NCBI GenBank assembly: GCA_964016885.1
Contig: OZ024741.1
Coordinates: 156,302,001 to 156,366,000 of the forward strand
DNA from: Eledone cirrhosa
Taxonomy: Eukaryota
Reading direction: 5' to 3'
Length of the DNA stretch: 64,000 nucleotides
Positions within the stretch are counted from its first letter, which is position 1, and the number at the start of each line of letters is the position of its first letter. The position numbers and the translations under genes were made by a program. Below the pieces are notes generated by a model. That model was not told where the DNA came from. It saw only the letters and a program-made list of their open reading frames with translations, and did no database searches. Shown here piece by piece: positions 12,319 through 24,211 of the stretch.

Positions 12319-13020
12319 ATATACGTAAATCCGTTAAATTAAAACATTCTCAAAGCCGTACAAGATATTCAAATATATAAATTCATAATTTTAACTACCT
12401 ATTTATTTATTTACATAAAATACAAAATCAACGTCCCTCGTAACTCATATTATACACGACCACCTAAAACTTGAACTACCTTATTATTTATTTATTTATC
12501 TACATAAAACACAAAATCAATTTCCCTCGTAACTCATATTTAAACAACTAATAATTGCAAATTATCTCTTTAATAATAAAACATGCTTTTATTAAAATAT
12601 ATATATGGCTGGCCTTGTGCCAAAAGTAGAAACAATTATTAATATATATATAGATATTTATATATTTAATCCATTACACAATATTGTAATAAGATAAATA
12701 CTTACAAGCATAATTCTCCATATAAATATATACATAATATAGGTAAATATTCAAATTTTTTCCCCTAAATTAACGTATATAAGTGGTCTTCTTTTTCCTT
12801 TTTAAGTTTCTCTTTTTCGCTCCTACTAATATATCTAAACTTTCCATAGCGTTTAAAATAACGGTTTTTCAATCATATAACTCAACCTCATTTACATATT
12901 CATTTGCATACTCATCCTATCAATTTTGAAAAATCTGTTCTTTGAATTCACTATCCAAGGAAAATTCAACTGATAAGGTATGTTTCCTTGGTTATGTCAA
13001 AATTTATAAAACATACTTTG

Positions 13021-13082
13021 TATTTTATCTGATGAAAGCGTACCAAAGTTTTTGGTACCCTTGAAATATATATACTAGAATA
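13021..13082 (+). ncRNA. Type I hammerhead ribozyme in PLE pseudo-LTR
   Basis: tattttat-CTGATGA-aagcgtaccaaa..tttggtaccctt-GAAA-tatatata-ctagaata. Confidence 0.8.
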
Positions 13083-13359
13083 AATATGCTTTTATAAATA
13101 TAGTTTCCATTTATTTAATATCATTGAATATTTACTCCAGAAATATGTCGAGTGCTCTGAATCAGTTATAAACATTTATATTTGTTGAATTTCCAACAAA
13201 TTAAATATCCCTTCTACTTAAACATACATACATATATATATACATACATACATATATATACATACATACATATATACATACATATATATACATACATACA
13301 TACATACATATATATACATACATACATGTATATACATACATACATATACATACATATAC

Positions 13360-13453
<94 letters not shown>

Positions 13454-13483
13454 AAATGTGTGTAATCCTTGGTACAGTTAAGT

Positions 13484-13713
13484 ATATTAAGACAGGGGGG
13501 AAGAAAAAATGGCTTCACTTGTGCTTTCAACAAATTTATTTTCTTCACAAAATCCAAAAAGAATTTTTTTCCGGATTAGAAAAACATTTTTTTTCTTTTA
13601 AGAAAAAAAATGTTTTTCTAATCCGGAAAAAAAATTATTTTTTGGATTTTGTGAAGAAAATAAATTTGTTGAAAGCACAAGTGAAGCCATTTTTTTCTTC
13701 CCCCTGTCTTAAT
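13484..13713. repeat. Near-perfect palindrome of about 230 bp
   Basis: atattaagacaggggg...aaaaacattttttt mirrored by aaaaaaatgtttttct...cccctgtcttaatat. Confidence 0.9.
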
Positions 13714-13749
13714 ATATATATATATGCAGAGGTTATATTTAATTTATAA

Positions 13750-14900
13750 TATGTTATAACTTATATAAAGCACTCAACAATTTAGTGGAGTAAATATACA
13801 ATATATTAATAAATGGAAACTATATTTATAAAACCATATTTATTTTATTATACATATTTCAAGGGCAACCAAGGCAAATTATGGTGCGCTTTCATCAGAT
13901 AAAATACAGATTTGTTTTATAAATAAATATTGACATACCCGGAAAAAAAGACAACTTTAACGGTTGGAGCTTCCTGGATAGTGGAGATAGAACATGTATT
14001 GAGGGTGATACAAAATTATGAGTGAGTATGCAAATGAGTGTTCGAAAGGTTGAAAAGATAACGGTTTATTTAAATTAAACTGTTAGAAGAAGATGATATG
14101 TAAGGGAGAGAGAGAAAAATAGAAAAAAATAAAAAAATAAAGGAGAAAGATAGAAGAGGAAAGAAAGAACGATTATATATATTGACAGTGAAAATAGAGT
14201 GCATGAAGAGATAAATATAGACAGCGTAAGTATATCTAAATGAGAGAAGAAATGAGAATAACGTGGAAGAATAATATTTATAATGCAGGATTCATTACGT
14301 TTTGATTATAATACTTATAATGATAGGTTGAAAATTAGATTAAAGTTAAATTAAAATTAAAAATTAGAAATCAAAATTAAAGATTAAAATTTACCTTAAT
14401 ATTAAAGATTTAATTTAATAATTCAATATTAATAATTAGTTTAAATGTTAAGGATTATAAATTATTTAAATAAATATATAGTATTTTACATTAGAGCAAA
14501 ACTAATATAGTTTATTTTATTAAAAGTTGTAAGTCAAGATTTAAACATCCAAATAATTCTAAATTTATGAAAGATTTACGAGAGTTTACAAAAGAATAAC
14601 CACTTAGTTATATTATAAAAATAATAAGGAAGTGTAAAGGAAGTTAGAAGTGATTTTTTAAGAACTCAGATGACTATGGATTAAATGTTATAAAGTTAAA
14701 AAGTTAAACATTTTTTATCTTAAGAATATAATTAAAACATGAACCATATGTTATTTTATACGAAGTCATAAATTTACTTGCTATAAAGTTAAACCATTAA
14801 CATTAAAATTAAAACATTAAAAAAATTTATCTTAAGAATATATTTAAAGCATAAACCATAGGTTATTCCACATATATATAAAAAACCTATATATAAAAAT
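13750..14900 (-). mobile_element. Diverged PLE pseudo-LTR, inverted relative to 12870-13180
   Basis: Reverse complement aligns by eye with 12870-13180; contains an HHR; distal end uncertain. Confidence 0.65.
13841..13906 (-). ncRNA. Type I hammerhead ribozyme
   Basis: Minus strand tattttat-CTGATGA-aagcgcacca..tggttgccctt-GAAA-tatgtata-ataaaata. Confidence 0.8.
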
Positions 14901-15107
14901 CATATGTTTTTCCATATATATATAAACATTAAAAACGTTTGGAGATAAAAATATAAAAATATAAAAATATTGGAAGGTATGAAAATAATGGTTTTTCTAT
15001 ATCTTTGAAAGGAATTTTCAAAAGATTTTTCCTAAAACCTTCCGTAATTTTTCAAGAAAACAAATTTTTCTTAAAGAAGTTTCAAGCAGTCATATAAAAA
15101 ATTTGTT

Positions 15108-16157
15108 TATAATCTATCGATAGGTGTAATAATATAAAGTATATAGTAAATATGTGTGAAGTAGAGATGTGAATCATATATAGATATAGAAGACATATAT
15201 TTATTATAGACTATAATTATAATAGAAAACCTTACACTAACTCGAAAACCAAAAGAAAAAAATAGAACTAGAAATATATTATGGTTCTCGCCCCCTTTCT
15301 CATTAAGTATTAAAACTCCTATTGCTAAATTATTCTTTAAAGCTCTAGATAGACACACAGGTATTACTCAATCTTTAATAGACATACTATTAAACTCTCA
15401 TATTCCACCACTATGAATTTAGCGCAGAATATTAATAGAATTAATAATTGTTTCTACGTTAGGCACAAGGCCAGCAATTACCCAGTGCATTACTGGTACT
15501 TTATTTTATCGACCCCGTAAGGATGAAAGGCAAAGTTAACCTTTAATTATTAATAATAGAAACTTAAAACCTAACCAGAATAGCATTAATACCGTAGCAA
15601 TATCCAATATAATGTTACTGCTCCCAATAATATAAATTTAGATAAATGTAATTGTAGAAATAAATCTAACTGTCCTCTAAATAATAATTGTTTAGTTAAA
15701 AATATAGTATACAATTGTAATGTCAAAACAAATGAAAACTCCTTTAACTATGTCGGCTCTACTTCCACAGACTTCAAATCTCGTTTTAATAACCATAAAT
15801 GTTCCTTTACGAATATATGTAAAAAAATCTTCAACTTTTCTATCTATTATGGGACCTGAAATCCAAGAGTATTAACTATTCTTTACTTTGAAAAATTATT
15901 TCAAAAGCTCCTTCATACACTACTTTATCCCAAAATTGTTCTCTTTGTGTTGAAGAAATATTCTTTATACTAAAATGTTAGAACTCTATTAATTTGAGAA
16001 ATAATTTATTCAGTTCGTGCAAACATCGTTTAAACTCAACTTTTAAATATATATATAAAATGTAATACATGTCTTCTATATCTATATATGATTCATATCT
16101 CTACTTCACATATATATACTATATACTCTATATTATTTCACCTATCGATAGATTATA
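15108..16157 (+). mobile_element. PLE 3' fragment (GIY-YIG) bracketed by inverted LTR segments
   Basis: WFSPPFS, KCNCRNKSNCPLNNNCLVKNIVYNC..NYVGS; 15108-15196 is the inverse of 16069-16157; truncated SINE at 15445-15541. Confidence 0.85.
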
Positions 16158-16172
16158 TGGGTGTGTGTGTGT

Positions 16173-16646
16173 ATGTGTATAAGAAAAACAAAAACTAGGT
16201 GTGAAGTATAGAAAAAAGTGAAGAATGTTATCAAAAGTTCATTTTTTAACACATTTTTTAATACAATATAAGTCTACGAGTGCTGGTTGCATGTTAATAT
16301 TATTATTATGCACATTCACTAGCAATACGTTAAACACTATTTCATCAGAGAGGTTTCAAAGTTCGAGATAAGGTTGCTGCATCTTGCAGTAAAAATATTC
16401 CAACTGCTATCCACTCTGATTAAAAGGTAACCGGACTAATAGAGGAGAGGTTGAAAATATATATTTTGGAGGGACAGAGTAGAAAATAAAATAATCGAAA
16501 ATAACAAAAAGATTAGCTATGAAAAAAATTATTATTTCTACTTTTGGCACAAGGCCAGCAATGAAAAAAATAATGAGCTAGTATGAAAACTAAAAAAACC
16601 TAAGGCCTAAAAGTTTACTTTTACGTAAACAAACATGCACACTAAA
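16173..16646. repeat. Left arm of a long-range inverted repeat (partner 26463-27075)
   Basis: Reverse complement matches 26463-27075 apart from different SINE inserts. Confidence 0.85.
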
Positions 16647-16876
16647 CTATATGTATATATATATATATACATAAGTATGTACACGTACATACATATATGT
16701 ATACAGACGTACAGTAGTATGTATATATATATACATACATGCACACATATATATATGTACGTATGGATTCACCGAACATTTATTATAAAGCTCGGTGTGT
16801 TTGTAAACAAACAACCCGTATTAAGCCGTAGTGTCCAGCAACCATCGTTGCTCGTTTGTTCAACACTGACAAAGGA

Positions 16877-16919
16877 ACGCTGTACTAGTTTCAAGCTTAT
16901 TAGCTATCGTCAGCAACGT
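16877..16919 (-). ncRNA. Minimal type I hammerhead ribozyme
   Basis: acgttg-CTGACGA-tagct aata agctt-GAAA-ctaGTA-cagcgt; palindromic stem III actagt. Confidence 0.85.
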
Positions 16920-17296
16920 TTACCTTCCTGCCAGATTGTTGAACGTATATACTTACCTTATGCATATTAACGGCTGAGTAGCCCAATTTGCATATCGAGT
17001 GGGTTAATCGGCCGGGTGCACCGAAATCGATAAACGGAAAAAATGAAACGAAATTTCATTTCCCACTCTTAGTACGGCTGTTACTTAAATATAAGTATGT
17101 ACACGTACATACATATATGTATACAGACGTACAGTAGTATGTATATATATATACATACATGCACACATATATATATGTACGTATGGATTCACCGAACATT
17201 TATTATAATGCTCGGTGTGTTTGTAAACAAACATATCGTATTAAGCCGTAGTGCCCAGCAACCATCGTTGCTCGTTTTTTCAACACTGACAAAGGA

Positions 17297-17339
17297 ACGC
17301 TGTACTAGTTTCAAGCTTATTAGCTATCGTCAGCAACGT
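17297..17339 (-). ncRNA. Minimal type I hammerhead ribozyme (second tandem copy)
   Basis: Identical motif 420 bp from the first. Confidence 0.85.
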
Positions 17340-17607
17340 ATACCTTCCTGCCTGATTGTTGAACGTATATACTTACCTTATGCATATTAACGGCTGAGTA
17401 GCCCAATTTGCATATCGAGTGGGTTAATCGGCCGGGTGCACCGAAAACGATAAATGGAAAAAATGAAACGAAATTTCATTTCCCACTCTATAAGTATGTA
17501 CACGTACATTTCCCTATGTACGTGTACATACTTATATTTAAGTAACAGCCGTACTAAGAGTGGGAAATGAAATTTCGTTTCATTTTTTCCGTTTATATAT
17601 ATATATA

Positions 17608-17890
17608 TGTAGGAGGTGAGTTTTATTGTAGTACAATAAAGCAATGCAGATATCGGATAAGTAGCACTCTACAGTTTGTAGGACTGTAGTATAAATAATA
17701 TAAAAGATCAAAAGATGGTTAAAAGAGTTCCATGTATTTTATTATGCGCATTTCAAAAACAAATATCATCATGCAATAACATTTGCGTTTTCGTCAGATA
17801 AAATAGGGAGACGTGATATGAAGGTTAAAAAACACTTGTGAATAGTGCAGTTTTAAATCAACATATGTTGATTTAAAACTGCACTATTCA
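17608..17890 (-). mobile_element. Solo PLE LTR end with HHR and terminal snap-back
   Basis: Direct copy of 24208-24470; ends in palindrome tgaatagtgcag...acatatgt...ctgcactattca. Confidence 0.8.
17735..17805 (-). ncRNA. Type I hammerhead ribozyme
   Basis: tattttat-CTGACGA-long stem II-GAAA-tgcgcATA-ataaaata. Confidence 0.85.
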
Positions 17891-18390
17891 TATATATATA
17901 TATACATATATACACAACCACACATATACTTACATATGTATACACACATAATAATCTCACCCACACGTTTACCCACACGTATTTTTTTCCTCCATGACTA
18001 GCATTAGATTAGATCCTATTTTTCTTTATCCACCTACTTTGCTCTTACCCTATCTCCAGTTGATAGTATCTTATGTCACAAATTTATTTTATTTTTTATG
18101 TTTTATTTACTTAATAGTTCCCTAATCTATCCTTCCATTTATGGCAGTCTGATAAAATGAAATAATTATTGCCATCATATGTTTAGACACTTCAATCAGA
18201 AGAACTTATTCCCCTTGCCGCCTCGCATTGAAATATTACTTGCTTACTCGCTACTTAAAAAAAATTGTATATGTGTATGTGTGTATGTGTATGTGTATGT
18301 GTAAACGTGTGGGGGAGCGTATGCGTTTATATATGATGTATAGGAGATTATGTGTGTGTATACATTTGAAAGAATATGTGTGGTTGTGTA

Positions 18391-18439
<49 letters not shown>

Positions 18440-18441
<2 letters not shown>

Positions 18442-18879
18442 CAAGTAATTCCGTCGCAAAGGTCCAGGAAAAAAGAGTGCTCTATGTAGGTTACAGAGCT
18501 TAATAGTTATGTAATAAACAACATAAGGCAATTATCTGATTTACCAGTGGTTTCTTGAAAGCAATCAAATTTTCCTTTCAATCATCAGAATGAAAAAATC
18601 CTAGTGTATTTATTGACATTTGATTTTAGAAACAAAAATATAATATATATGAAAGTGAGGCTGGAAAAGGAAGAAGGAAAGAAAAAATAAACACATGCAC
18701 ACACTTATTACATACACACACATATATATACATACACATATATATACATACATATACACACATATATATATACATACATACATACATACACATATACATA
18801 TGCGTACAAATACACATACAAATACACATACATATACATATACATACATACATACACACATATATATCAACATATCGAT

Positions 18880-18914
<35 letters not shown>

Positions 18915-19276
18915 TGTATATATATACATACACATAATCATACATATATACACACGTACATACACATACATACATATATACACGCATACATACGCATACA
19001 CAAATATAGCTATATGTACACACACCTACATACGCACACACAATTAATTATAAGAAAAAATATAATAATAAAATTACCGTCACATTAGAATAAAAAATAA
19101 ATGTAAAATTTATTATAAAGTTGACAGCGATACAGGCAACAAATAAATGAACAAACACACGTGGAAAGCAATACACGCAATTGCACATACACATACATAC
19201 ATAAAAATAAATACATACACACACACACACACACACACATACATATACATATACACATACATACACATACACATAT

Positions 19277-19347
<71 letters not shown>

Positions 19348-19445
19348 CACACACACATACATATAAATACATACACACACATGTATGTGTGTAAAACTCA
19401 TTCTTAGATGTATTCATTGAACCTTGTTTAACTCTTAAATACATA
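18440..19445 (-). mobile_element. Microsatellite-rich PLE-like 3' UTR/LTR (family E) with HHR at 18536-18594
   Basis: Inverse of 21408-22400; begins with peptide LRVKQGSMNTSKNEFY. Confidence 0.75.
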
Positions 19446-19466
19446 TAAATATATATACATATATAT

Positions 19467-20076
19467 ATGGTGGCTGCCAATTCGTTTTCGAGTACGGCCA
19501 CTACTTTATATCCATGTAGGAGTAGCCCTACCGATGCGCTGAACGAGTGTGACGTTTTAGTCCAGCCAGTGACTTGAAAACTCTGGTACAAACACTACAC
19601 TTGTGACAATTATTGACACATAGTGCTGGGCGCATGGTACCATATGACGACAAGTGCAGAGAGATATCCAGATATAAAGCTGTGCCTGTGCTGTGAAGCT
19701 TTAATAGGGATCAAAGGCACTGCACAAAGCCAGTCCCACTCTCTTAACCAAGATGATATTTACGAAAAAGAAAAACAAGTCAACATCATTGGATACCATC
19801 AGGGTTGCAGGTGTTATATCAGAGTTTTCCTTCTCCTAGAATTCTGCCTTGACAAAGGCTAAGGGGTCATCTCTCCCGGTGATTTTGAATGGCCATTGAC
19901 TCTTAAGAGTTCCTTTGCCCTTTGACAGGTTTTGTTTTTAGTCCTTCAGGATGTCCAAAGTCACCTTCCTCACCAAGAAACCTTGGTGGGTTTGCCAGTT
20001 TAGTCGCCAACGACCCGACCACGAGACAGGTTGTACTGGGATACATGTTACCAGTAGCACCAACTGGTGACCTGAC
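19467..20076 (-). mobile_element. Internally deleted RTE-like element, second copy
   Basis: Colinear with 7909-8516, same ends. Confidence 0.75.
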
Positions 20077-20149
20077 ATAAATATATATATATATATACAT
20101 ACATATACACACACACATATATATAAAATCTTAAATACATATATATATG

Positions 20150-20532
20150 TACCACTGAAAAATTTAGGATTTTACAGAACTTGAATGCCACCTCAACTTG
20201 TCTGAACTCCAAGACCGAGATCTTCAGATGTTGTCCTCACCAGAAATCACCTCTGATCTGTAACTGGATTGACATTCCTACGATGACTCAACCACCTTGA
20301 ACCTCTTCTCTGCTTTCTACGCCTTACATCCACTACGATTTTTTTACCTTCTGAACTCACTTTCTGTACTCTTATATTCTTTTTCTCCCTTATCTCCCCT
20401 TATATTTAAACCTCTTCCTATGTATTTATTTTCCTTATTCACGCCTACTTTCTACCTTACCCTTTACATACCCTCCATTTTTATTTTTAGATATTTATTC
20501 CTGTGTGTGTGTGTTGCATATATGTGTATATT

Positions 20533-20576
<44 letters not shown>

Positions 20577-21130
20577 TATGTATATGTATGTCTATATATA
20601 ATTATATATATCTGTATGTATATATATGTGTGTATATAATTGTATTTTATATGCTTCTGTTGTATTTGTGTGTGTGTATATATATATATGTTTGTGTGTG
20701 TGTGTGTGTGTGTGTGTTTTTATATTTGTGTGTGTGTATTTTTATTAAGGTGGTGACGTAACTTTTTGTAGATATGTGTGGGTGTGTGTATATGTGTATA
20801 TTTAGATAATTATTTATGTGTGTATATATATAACAGCCTCAGAAACGGCTTGAGCTCTGCCGACGGGGTCATACTTTTTCCTATATGTATATATATATGT
20901 ATATGTATGTATATGTATGTATATGTGTGTGTATTTGTATGGTTGTGTGTGTGTATGTGTACGTGTGTGTGTGTCTCTCTCTATATATATATATGTATAT
21001 GTATATGTGTATGTGTATGTATATGCATAATTACATACACTGATGTAATGCTTATTTTCATTGATCATTTGCTCCAGGAACTTGTTGAGTGCTCTAAATC
21101 AACTATAAACATTTATACCCTTTTCTAATT
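20150..21130 (+). mobile_element. PLE extreme 3' fragment plus UTR
   Basis: TEKFRIL..CLNSKTEIFRCCPHQ resembles the PLE GIY-YIG C-terminus seen elsewhere in the window (e.g. LNKKSEAISACKH). Confidence 0.55.
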
Positions 21131-21353
21131 ATTTATTTATTTATTTAAGTCAAAGCAATAGTGCGTGTGTTTCTTATTGGCAACATGAACCTCCCAAAGT
21201 ATAACAATATTTATTTATTATTTGTCGTATTCCCAACTATTTATTTACCCCTTTCACCTTTTTATTTTTATATATATATAATATTTATGTATTTTCTTAT
21301 ATATATGTATGTGTGTATATGTATGTATATATATATATATATATATAAATATG

Positions 21354-21407
<54 letters not shown>

Positions 21408-21410
<3 letters not shown>

Positions 21411-21517
21411 TTAAGAGTTAAATAAGGTTCAATGAATACATCTAAGAATGAGTTTTACACACATACATGTGTGTGTATGTATTTATATGCATATGTGTGT
21501 GTGTATATGTATGTATA

Positions 21518-21598
<81 letters not shown>

Positions 21599-22105
21599 AT
21601 GTATATGTGTATTGTATGTATGTGTATATGTATATGTATGTGTGTGTGTGTGTGTGTGTTATTTATTTTTATGTATGTATGTGTATGTGCAATTGTGTGT
21701 ATTGCTTTCCACGTGTGTTTGTTCATTTATTTGTTGCCTGTATCGCTGCCAACTTTATAATAATTTTTACATTTATTTTTTATTCTTATGTGACGGTATT
21801 TTTATTATTATATTTTTTCTTATAATTAATTGTGTGTGCCTATGTAGGTGTGTGTACATATATCTATATTTGTGTATGCGCATGTATGCATGTATATATG
21901 TGTGTATGTATGTGTGTGTATGTACGTGTGTATATATGTATGATTATGTGTATGTATATATATATAGAGATGTATATATATATATGCATGTGTGTGTGTG
22001 TATTTCTGTGTATGTGTATGTATGGATTTGTTGATATATATGTGTGTATGTATGTATATGTATATGTAGGTGTATTTGTACGAGTATGTATATGTGTATA
22101 TATGT

Positions 22106-22139
<34 letters not shown>

Positions 22140-22400
22140 ATATATATGTATATATATATGTGTATGTATATATATGTGTGTGTATGTAATTGTGTGTGTG
22201 TGTGCATGTATGTTTATTTTTCCTTTCCTTCTTCCTTTTCTAGCCTCACTTTCATATAGATTATAATTTTGTTTTTAAAATCCAATGTCAATAAATACAC
22301 CAGGAATTTTTCATTCTGATGATGAAAGCAAAATTTGTTTGCTTTCAAGAAACCACTGGTAAATGAAATAATTGCCTTATGTTGTTTATTACATAACTAA
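21408..22400 (+). mobile_element. Family E PLE-like 3' UTR/LTR with HHR at 22310-22367
   Basis: Inverse of 18440-19445; ttcatt-CTGATGA..GAAA-ccactgGTA-aatgaa. Confidence 0.75.
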
Positions 22401-22688
22401 ATATATATATATATATAATCATGTAATAAAAAACTTAAGGCAATTATTTCATTTACGAGTGGTTTCTTGAAAGCAAACAAATTTTGCTTTCAATCATCAG
22501 AATGAAAAATCCTGGTGTATTTGTAGACATTGGATTTTAAAAACAAAACTATAATCTATATGAAAGTGAGGCTGGAAAAGGAAGAAGGAAAAGAAAAATA
22601 AACACACATCTACACACACACACACACACAATTACATACACACACATATATACATACACATGTATATACATACATATACACATATATA

Positions 22689-23555
22689 TTGAAGGATGAG
22701 TATTTTGAACTTTATTTTATCATGAGTTAAGGCTCTATTGATTTTTCCCTGGATTTCACTAAATTCTGTTGGATAAATCTATATCCTGATTCTTTTTGAA
22801 TTGAGTTTGAATTATTTTTCCCACATCTTACGTTAACTATTTTCCCATTTTGACGCTATAGTCACTTATATATTATGGAATACTGTTGGCTTCTTGCTAC
22901 AATACTTTCTATACCTTTCATTTACACATTTATACTCGGATTTTTTTCCTAGAGTGCTTAAATTATTTGTGACTAATCCCGGTATTAAAAAAAAAAAAAC
23001 CGCGATAATGTTGCTTTTTGCTGAACTCCTTATTGTAGAGTTTTTTCGGAATGTTTTTGATTGTTGTTTCATGTAAACAAACATTCGTCTCATTCTGACG
23101 TCACCAGCCCTGTTTTTCCACATGTGCGTTTTAATTTCATAATCACGCATGATGTTAAACTAGCCTGCTTTTAAATTCCCTTTTTGGCATATTAATCAGT
23201 GAGAATTTGGCTATCGTGTTGAGCTCTGCTGGCGATAGGATTCCAACCGTGACCATCCCCACTGAAAGTTTTCGTGAAATAGTCTTTTCAAGACTATACA
23301 GAGCATTTGTAGTTGTTCCAAATTGAAGGATGAGTATTTTGAACTTTATTTTATCATGAGTTAAGGCTCTATTGATTTTTCCCTCGATTTCACTAAATTC
23401 TGTTGGATAAATCTATATCCTGATTCTTTTTGAATTGAGTTTGAATTATTTTTCCCACATCTTACGTTAACTATTTTCCCATTTTGACGCTATAGTCACT
23501 TATATATTATGGAATACTCTTGGCTTCTTGTTACAATATTTTCTATACCTTTCAT
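22689..23555 (+). mobile_element. Retrozyme-like unit: 635-bp monomer plus about 230-bp redundancy, with HHR
   Basis: 22689-22922 repeats at 23324-23555; HHR at 23223-23304. Confidence 0.75.
23223..23304 (+). ncRNA. Type I hammerhead (CUGGCGA variant)
   Basis: Stem I gctctg/cagagc; core CTGGCGA; GAAA; 8-bp stem III atagtctt/aagactat; predicted cut after ATA at 23298; stem II pairing weak. Confidence 0.7.
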
Positions 23556-24065
23556 TTATATATATATATATACATACACATATACATACACGTACAAATA
23601 CACATACATATACATACACACATATATATCAACATATCCATACATTCACATACACACAAATACACAAACACACACACACACACGCATATATATATACATC
23701 TACATATATATATGTATACATACACATAATCATACATATATACATACGTACATACACACACATACATACACGCATACATACGCATACACAAGTATAGATA
23801 TATGTACACACACCTACATACGCACACACACAATTAATTATAAGAAAAAATATAATAAAAATACCGTCACATAAGAATAAAAATTATTATAAGAATAACA
23901 ATTATTGTAAAGTTGACAGCGATACAGGCAACAAATAAATGAACAAACACACGTGGTAAGCAATACACACAATTGCACATACACATACGTACATAAAATA
24001 AATACATACACACACACACACATACATATACACATACATACACATACACATATACATACACACAT

Positions 24066-24104
<39 letters not shown>

Positions 24105-24167
24105 CGTTATTCCGGGTTGAATCGGAGGTAACCACAGTAAGTAAGGTACTCAATACATAGCAGAGTA

Positions 24168-24207
<40 letters not shown>

Positions 24208-24211
<4 letters not shown>

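Larger units (their letters stand above)
10020..13180 (+). mobile_element. 5'-truncated Penelope-like element (RT, GIY-YIG, pseudo-LTR with HHR)
   Basis: MGSSDSAQITDLVG...GGLYRDD (RT), VNFLDV, SNHP, CNC..CLDKNVVYKC..YVGATST (GIY-YIG); frameshifts; long AT-rich 3' region with HHR at 13021-13082. Confidence 0.9.
16670..17593 (-). mobile_element. Retrozyme-like tandem dimer (420-bp unit) with 5' inversion
   Basis: 16674-17070 repeats at +420; one minimal HHR per unit; 17512-17593 is an inverted copy of about 17031-17110. Confidence 0.85.
22420..24085 (-). mobile_element. Family E copy (HHR 22448-22506) interrupted by the 22689-23555 insertion
   Basis: 22420-22688 and 23556-24085 are colinear with the 18500-19300 copy. 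Confidence 0.7.
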
